Below the pieces are notes generated by a model, which was not told where the DNA came from, ran no database searches, and saw nothing but the letters and a program-made list of their open reading frames with translations. A stretch of 64,000 nt of DNA from contig VFGW01000017.1 in assembly GCA_009392295.1 (NCBI GenBank), positions 59,933 to 123,932 of the forward strand. Reading direction: 5' to 3'. This document shows, piece by piece, positions 58,974 through 64,000 of the stretch; position 1 is the stretch's first letter, and each line of letters opens with the position of its first letter. The translations under genes and the position numbers were made by a program. Source of the stretch: SAR202 cluster bacterium (GTDB lineage: Bacteria > Chloroflexota > Dehalococcoidia > Lucifugimonadales > GCA-2719675).

Positions 58974-59852
58974 TTATAGGCTTTTTTCAAACCATATTGT
59001 AGAAAGATATTTTTCAAATCCTAAATTAGTATAAAGTTTCATGGCATGGATATTTCTTTGATCAACTTCCAATGTAATAGCTTTCACATTATTTTTTTTA
59101 AGATGATCAATTCCGGCGAGAGTTGTCATTTTACCTATCCCAAGATTTTGATATTGGGGGTGTACTCCTAGCATAGAAATTTTACCTATATTTGCTTTGA
59201 GTATTTTTGTCCAATTGAAACTGATTAATTTGTTGTTTTGTTTAAGTACTATTACATCTTTAAGATTATCATTAGGGGAATATAGGGAGTGGATAACTTC
59301 TTTCACTGTGTTAGGGCAGAATCCCCATTCATTTTTGAAGGATTTATTTAAAATATTAGCAAATTTTTTTTCATTGCCGATCTGCAGGGAATCTACTTGA
59401 ATATTATTTGGTATTTTTGGAATTTGGTATTTATTTGATATATGTAACAGGCTGGAGTATTTTCTTATTTTTTTAAAACCCATTTCAATTAATGTATTTT
59501 GTGTTTGATGGTCATGTTCTTCCGTTTGGACATGCCATTTTTTTACATTAAAATTTTTTAAAAAATCATTGTTTAATTCAATTAAGGTGATTGAATGTGA
59601 TTTTGAAATTTTTGCTTGATCAAATCCGAAAAATGTTATAGCTCGAAAAATTTTTTTCTCAATAGTTGTTGAGGAGATACCAGTTAAAATATTATTTTCG
59701 TTCTTGACTGAAAAGAATTTTTTTTGCCTTAGTGAATATGTTTGAAATAAATTGTCTAGGATAGGGTGAGGTAAATTTTTTTGCCATTGAGATTGGTAAA
59801 GATTTTTTAAAAAATAGTTCCAATGGTCTATATCATTTAATTCATTATTCAT
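58974..59852 (-). CDS. two-domain GNAT acetyltransferase (MshD-like architecture)
   Basis: 292 aa. The C-terminal domain has the canonical GNAT core MLGVHPQYQNLGIGKMTTLAGIDHLKK...LEVDQRNIHAMKLYTNLGFE. The N-terminal half is a degenerate GNAT-like region. Confidence 0.55.
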   Translation of the reverse strand: MNNELNDIDHWNYFLKNLYQSQWQKNLPHPILDNLFQTYSLRQKKFFSVKNENNILTGISSTTIEKKIFRAITFFGFDQAKISKSHSITLIELNNDFLKNFNVKKWHVQTEEHDHQTQNTLIEMGFKKIRKYSSLLHISNKYQIPKIPNNIQVDSLQIGNEKKFANILNKSFKNEWGFCPNTVKEVIHSLYSPNDNLKDVIVLKQNNKLISFNWTKILKANIGKISMLGVHPQYQNLGIGKMTTLAGIDHLKKNNVKAITLEVDQRNIHAMKLYTNLGFEKYLSTIWFEKSL

Positions 59853-59896
59853 TGATTTAAAATTCGAACTTTATTTATCATTTATCATTCCTGAAT

Positions 59897-60310
59897 TTAA
59901 GCAATATTTTCTCCGAATATAATTGTTGGTGAGATTTCAATTATCATAAAATCTATTTTTTGAAGAGCATCTTTTGAATATTTTTGTCCATCTTTTTTGC
60001 CTTTATACGATACAGACATTTCTTTTACAATTTCTTGAATATTTTGTGTGTTTAATTCTGCTATGCCAGAGGCTTGTACATATTTATGAGATACATCAGA
60101 TTGGCAAATACATATTCCAACGTTTGGATTTTTTCTGATATTATTTATTTTTACAGATGTTTTTTCTGAAGCAACTATAATTTTGTTGGATTTATATAGG
60201 TACCACACAGGAGTCATGTGGGTTGTTCCATCTTGATTGAGGGTAGTGATGATTGCAATTAAGGGTTTTTTTAGAAATAAATCAATTTCTTTTTTAGTCA
60301 TTTTACTCAA
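59897..60310 (-). CDS. pyridoxamine-5-phosphate-oxidase-fold (PPOX class, possibly F420/FMN-binding) protein
   Basis: 137 aa. IAIITTLNQDGTTHMTPVWYLY is typical of the split-barrel PPOX class. Confidence 0.6.
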   Translation of the reverse strand: MSKMTKKEIDLFLKKPLIAIITTLNQDGTTHMTPVWYLYKSNKIIVASEKTSVKINNIRKNPNVGICICQSDVSHKYVQASGIAELNTQNIQEIVKEMSVSYKGKKDGQKYSKDALQKIDFMIIEISPTIIFGENIA

Positions 60311-60339
60311 TTGATCAGGCCTTTATTGATTTTGATTTG

Positions 60340-61011
60340 TCAGTGTATGTTTTTTAGTTTAGTTTCAACTGTTTCCCAAATAATTTTACTAATTTCTGTT
60401 TTATCTAAATTTGCATCAATGATTTTCCATCTATCTGGTTCGTTTTTTGCTAACTCAAGATAGCCGTTTCGAACTCTGTTTAGAAATTCATTTGATTCAG
60501 TTTCAAATCTTACTCCTTCGGTTTCCCTTTGATTTGAAGAGTCATTTAAACTGAATTCCATTTGATAAGATCCTAATCTTTGAATTCCAATTTTTGGGTT
60601 AAAATCAAGTAGAAATGTGATATCTGGCATGATATTTTGAGTTGCTAAACTATTAATTAATTTTATTTTATTTAAATCAAGTTGTCGTCCATATCCTTGA
60701 TAAGCAGTAGTTGAATCAACATATCTGTCACAGATTACAATTTTTTTTGATTTTATAAAATTAGATAATTTGTTTGATATCAAGTCTGACCTAGCTGCAG
60801 AAAACATGAATAACTCTGTAATTTCAGATATTTTTTCAGCACCTTCTAGGTCGCCTTTTAAAAGTTTTCTTATTTTTAGTCCTAACTTTGTTGTACCAGG
60901 TTCTTGAATAGATAGAACATCAAAAGATTTTTTTTCCAGCTTTTCTTTCAAGAAATCAATTTGAGTTGTTTTGCCAGTCCCTTCACAGCCTTCAAAAGAT
61001 ATGAAAAACAA
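60340..61011 (-). CDS. tmk: thymidylate kinase
   Basis: FISFEGCEGTGKTTQ P-loop, DRYVDST, and a lid region. Confidence 0.9.
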   Translation of the reverse strand: MFFISFEGCEGTGKTTQIDFLKEKLEKKSFDVLSIQEPGTTKLGLKIRKLLKGDLEGAEKISEITELFMFSAARSDLISNKLSNFIKSKKIVICDRYVDSTTAYQGYGRQLDLNKIKLINSLATQNIMPDITFLLDFNPKIGIQRLGSYQMEFSLNDSSNQRETEGVRFETESNEFLNRVRNGYLELAKNEPDRWKIIDANLDKTEISKIIWETVETKLKNIH

Positions 61012-61060
61012 ATTCTTCTCCTAATAAGGTGATATTATTGATTGAGTCTTTAATAAGATG

Positions 61061-62620
61061 TTAAGAATTATATATTATTACTTTTCTGTTTGGTTCATTC
61101 CCTGCACTTGCTGACAATAGACCTTGTTTTTTTATTAATTCGTGTTGTAACTTTCTTATGTGAGAACCTTGTGGGTTTAATTCTACTTTTGAAAATCCAT
61201 TTTCAATTTTAGATACTCCATTTTCGACGTCTTTAAGTGCTAAATCAGATTGACCAGAAGGTTTTTTAATATTTTTGTTTCGTAGGATTGCGTTAAGAAA
61301 TTGTTGTATTTGAATAGATGTGTTTTTTCTCAAAACATATACAGGTTTTTCTTTTTTTTCTGCTTCTGCTAGAGCCTTAGTCTTACGTTTGTAGAAATGT
61401 TTTGTTGTAACAATTAAGTCAGATTCTTCCATGGTGGCAACTAGTTTAAATGGTCCATATGAGTTTAGGATGCATTGTTCTAATTTCCCTTTGTTAACTC
61501 CATAAGGTAGTATTTTGATTTTTTTTAAACTGACATCGTCATTTTTATTATCTGAAACAGAGTTAAATGAAAATTTATTTGATTTTGTAACGATATTTTG
61601 AGTAGTTTCTTTGTCAATAGTTGGCTTTGTTGTTTCAATTGCGCCAGATTCGTTAATTTTTCTTAGCTCTGGGGTATATTTATTTCCCCTTAGTAAAGTG
61701 TCAACGACTGCTGCAACATTCTCGTGGATTATTAATTCATTCCAACTTTGAATTTCAATAAGAATTTCAAATGTTGGCTGAGATGTGCGTTCTAATACTG
61801 TTTTTTGTGAACCACGTCTGCGTGCTTCAATATCTCCAAGAGTGACCGTTTCAATACCTCCTATTAGATCAGACAAAGTTGGGTTAAGTATAAGGTTATG
61901 CAGTGTATTTCCATGAGCAGTTGCAACTAATTGGACGCCTCTTTCGGCAATTGTTCTTGAAGCTTCAGCTTCAAGTTCAGTTCCAATTTCGTCAATAATA
62001 ATTACTTCTGGCATGTGGTTTTCAACAGCTTCAATCATTACAGAATGCTGTTTTTCAGGTGTTTTGACTTGCATTCTTCTAGATCTTCCAATAGATGGAT
62101 GAGGAATATCTCCATCTCCAGCAATTTCATTAGATGTATCTACAATTACTACTCTTTTATTCCCTGTATCAGAGAGTACTCGTGCAATTTCTCTTAACAT
62201 CGTAGTTTTACCTACACCAGGAGGGCCTAATAAAAGTAAACTTTTACCCGTCATAATCAAATCTTCAATAATGTTGATTGTTCCAAATACAGCTCTTCCG
62301 ATTCTAATTGTTAATCCAACTATTTTTTCATTTCGATTTTTAATAGCAGAAATTCGATGAAGTGTTCTTTCAATTCCAGCTCGATTATCATTCCCAAATT
62401 CACTGATATTTTCAATCACATGATTGATGTCGTTTGTGGTAATTTCTTTTTTGCCTAATTGATGACTTGAATGTAGAAAACGTGCTTCAGGTGGCCTTCC
62501 TAAATCCATTACAATTTCTAAAAGTTCATTAATATTTTGTTGTTCAGGAATTGATTGAATTATCCAATCAGGCAGCCTTGTTTCAATAGCTTTTAAATCA
62601 TTAAATGTTTGTTTTTCCAT
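61061..62620 (-). CDS. AAA ATPase with C-terminal R3H domain (SpoIIIAA/Ycf45-like)
   Basis: Walker A GPPGVGKTT, Walker B VIIIDEIG, and a C-terminal R3H-like segment (HIRKLQHELIKKQGLLSASAGNEPNRKVIIY). ATG 62620 (MEKQTF) avoids overlap with pdxT; the track start is 62656. Confidence 0.7.
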   Translation of the reverse strand: MEKQTFNDLKAIETRLPDWIIQSIPEQQNINELLEIVMDLGRPPEARFLHSSHQLGKKEITTNDINHVIENISEFGNDNRAGIERTLHRISAIKNRNEKIVGLTIRIGRAVFGTINIIEDLIMTGKSLLLLGPPGVGKTTMLREIARVLSDTGNKRVVIVDTSNEIAGDGDIPHPSIGRSRRMQVKTPEKQHSVMIEAVENHMPEVIIIDEIGTELEAEASRTIAERGVQLVATAHGNTLHNLILNPTLSDLIGGIETVTLGDIEARRRGSQKTVLERTSQPTFEILIEIQSWNELIIHENVAAVVDTLLRGNKYTPELRKINESGAIETTKPTIDKETTQNIVTKSNKFSFNSVSDNKNDDVSLKKIKILPYGVNKGKLEQCILNSYGPFKLVATMEESDLIVTTKHFYKRKTKALAEAEKKEKPVYVLRKNTSIQIQQFLNAILRNKNIKKPSGQSDLALKDVENGVSKIENGFSKVELNPQGSHIRKLQHELIKKQGLLSASAGNEPNRKVIIYNS

Positions 62621-62627
62621 AATAGTT

Positions 62628-63221
62628 TTATTTTTTATTTTGAATTTGGTTTTCAATCATTTTGATAAAGTATTCATGAATTCTAGTGTCAGATGTTAAT
62701 TCTGGATGGAATGAACTTGCAAGTAAATTTTTTTGACGAACTAGAACAGCCTTATTATTTTTAAGTTTTGCTAAAACCTCAACATTTTTGCCAATTTCTA
62801 CGAACATTGGCGCCCTTATAAAAATACCTCGATATTTTGGTTCACCTATAGCATCAATTTTGATATCTTCTTCAAAGCTATCAATTTGTCTTCCAAAAGC
62901 GTTTCTACTTACAACAGTGTTCATAAGATTTAATGGAGTTGGCCTACTGTCTGTTAAGGAACTAGCTAGTATAATCATGCCTGCACATGTACCCCAAATT
63001 GGCATACCAGTTTCAGCTTTTTTAACAATAGCATTTTTGATGTCAAAAATATCTAACAATTGAACTATGGTAGTAGATTCACCGCCAGGAATAATCAATC
63101 CATCAATGTTTTCTAATTGATTCGGTAGTCTTACTTCAACTGTGTTGACGTCCAAGTTGGTTAACATTAGCTTATGTTCGGCAAAATCACCTTGAACAGC
63201 TAATATGCCAATTTTTAGCAA
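62628..63221 (-). CDS. pdxT: pyridoxal 5-phosphate synthase glutaminase subunit
   Basis: IGILAVQGDFAEH, the catalytic GTCAG, and FHPE. TTG start 4 nt after the pdxS stop. Confidence 0.9.
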   Translation of the reverse strand: MLKIGILAVQGDFAEHKLMLTNLDVNTVEVRLPNQLENIDGLIIPGGESTTIVQLLDIFDIKNAIVKKAETGMPIWGTCAGMIILASSLTDSRPTPLNLMNTVVSRNAFGRQIDSFEEDIKIDAIGEPKYRGIFIRAPMFVEIGKNVEVLAKLKNNKAVLVRQKNLLASSFHPELTSDTRIHEYFIKMIENQIQNKK

Positions 63222-63225
63222 ATTA

Positions 63226-64000
63226 TTACCATCCTCTTACTGATAGCTGTTCTTCTTCTGGCATTGTGCGTACATCCAATCCTGGCATGGCATCTCCAAG
63301 GCCTTTGGAAATTTCGGCAATCAATTTAGGGTCATTGTAATGAGTTGTGGCCTTAACTATCGCATTGGCCATTTTTTGCGGTTCAGATGATTTAAATATT
63401 CCAGATCCTACAAAAACGCCTTCAACTCCAATTTGCATCATTAGGGCAGCATCTGCAGGACTAGCTATCCCTCCAGCAGCAAAATTGACAACAGGTAGTT
63501 TGCCTGTTTTATGAATATTTTTGACTAATTCGAAAGGTGCTTGTAAATCACGTGCTAATGCCATCAATTCTATTTCATCCATATTTTGGATTCTTTTAAT
63601 TTCACCTAAAACTGATCTCGCGTGTCGTACAGCTTCAACAATATTTCCGGTACCTGCTTCCCCTTTGGTGCGAATCATAGCAGCGCCTTCTCCAATTCTT
63701 CGTAATGCTTCTCCGAGATTTCTTGCACCACAAACAAAAGGAACTTTAAAATCATTTTTGTTTACATGGTTGTTTTCATCTGCAGGTGTTAATACTTCAG
63801 ATTCATCAATATAATCTACTCCAAGTGATTCCAGTATTTGGGCTTCAACAAAATGGCCTATTCTACATTTTGCCATTACAGGAATAGTGACTGCTTCGGT
63901 AATTTCTACGATTTTTGTGGGATCTGACATTCTAGCAACACCACCATCTTTTCTGATGTCTGAAGGAACTCTCTCTAGAGCCATAACAGAGCATGCTCCA
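63226..64000 (-). CDS. pdxS: pyridoxal 5-phosphate synthase lyase subunit, N-terminus beyond window edge
   Basis: [31 protein letters not shown], and GEAGTGN. The frame stays open upstream of the track Met (..[10 protein letters not shown]..) to base 64000. Confidence 0.95.
   Translation of the reverse strand, partial: GACSVMALERVPSDIRKDGGVARMSDPTKIVEITEAVTIPVMAKCRIGHFVEAQILESLGVDYIDESEVLTPADENNHVNKNDFKVPFVCGARNLGEALRRIGEGAAMIRTKGEAGTGNIVEAVRHARSVLGEIKRIQNMDEIELMALARDLQAPFELVKNIHKTGKLPVVNFAAGGIASPADAALMMQIGVEGVFVGSGIFKSSEPQKMANAIVKATTHYNDPKLIAEISKGLGDAMPGLDVRTMPEEEQLSVRGW

Overview
This is an AT-rich, densely coding bacterial chromosomal window with about 70 protein genes on both strands and one tRNA-Gln. 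I found no rRNA, CRISPR array, transposase, integrase or phage genes. The content is mostly core metabolism and bioenergetics. Left to right it holds: a partial TPP-dependent E1-alpha gene; an amidohydrolase, two Gfo/Idh/MocA oxidoreductases, a TauE-like permease and an HpcH aldolase; a minus-strand run of plsY, GNAT, class-V aminotransferase, a small membrane protein and two paralogous lipoproteins; prfB, which needs a +1 frameshift; a peptide-type ABC importer (binding protein plus two permeases, no ATPase genes); a peptidase-MA-like protein; a CDP-alcohol phosphatidyltransferase; coaX-coaBC; a complete F1Fo ATP synthase operon (atpZ-like, B, E, F, H, A, G, D, C); an alternative-complex-III (ACIII)-like operon; thiolase and an enolase-superfamily enzyme; ccmC, a ccmD-like ORF and ccmE; two FAH-family genes, a Gfo/Idh/MocA gene and an Ldh_2 gene; tRNA-Gln; MoxR, DUF58 and a DUF4129-like membrane protein; a PAC2-like protein; a class-IV aminotransferase; a pterin carbinolamine dehydratase; galU, gap and fabL-like; rnc; glyA; folE, a CelD-like acyltransferase and a GT4 glycosyltransferase; a two-domain GNAT; tmk; an R3H/AAA protein; and pdxT and pdxS (partial). 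The marker mix (pdxST, PAC2, MshA-like GT4, PPOX, ACIII, MoxR-DUF58) looks Chloroflexota- or Actinomycetota-like, but I cannot verify taxonomy. The most noteworthy signals are: (1) a SelW/Rdx-family selenoprotein with an in-frame UGA at the CxxU position, which the ORF track truncates; (2) a CcmE with CxxxY in place of the canonical heme-binding HxxxY, in an isolated ccmCDE set; (3) a non-canonical ACIII gene architecture; (4) an insertion of about 78 aa carrying HGHGHSHDH in ATP synthase subunit a, together with an epsilon subunit lacking its C-terminal domain; (5) a tandem pair of uncharacterised lipoproteins sharing a near-identical 60-nt core; (6) tightly packed folE, CelD-like and GT4 genes next to an MshD-like GNAT. 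I could not demonstrate an unambiguous, wholly new multi-gene system. The candidates are listed as hypotheses with tests.
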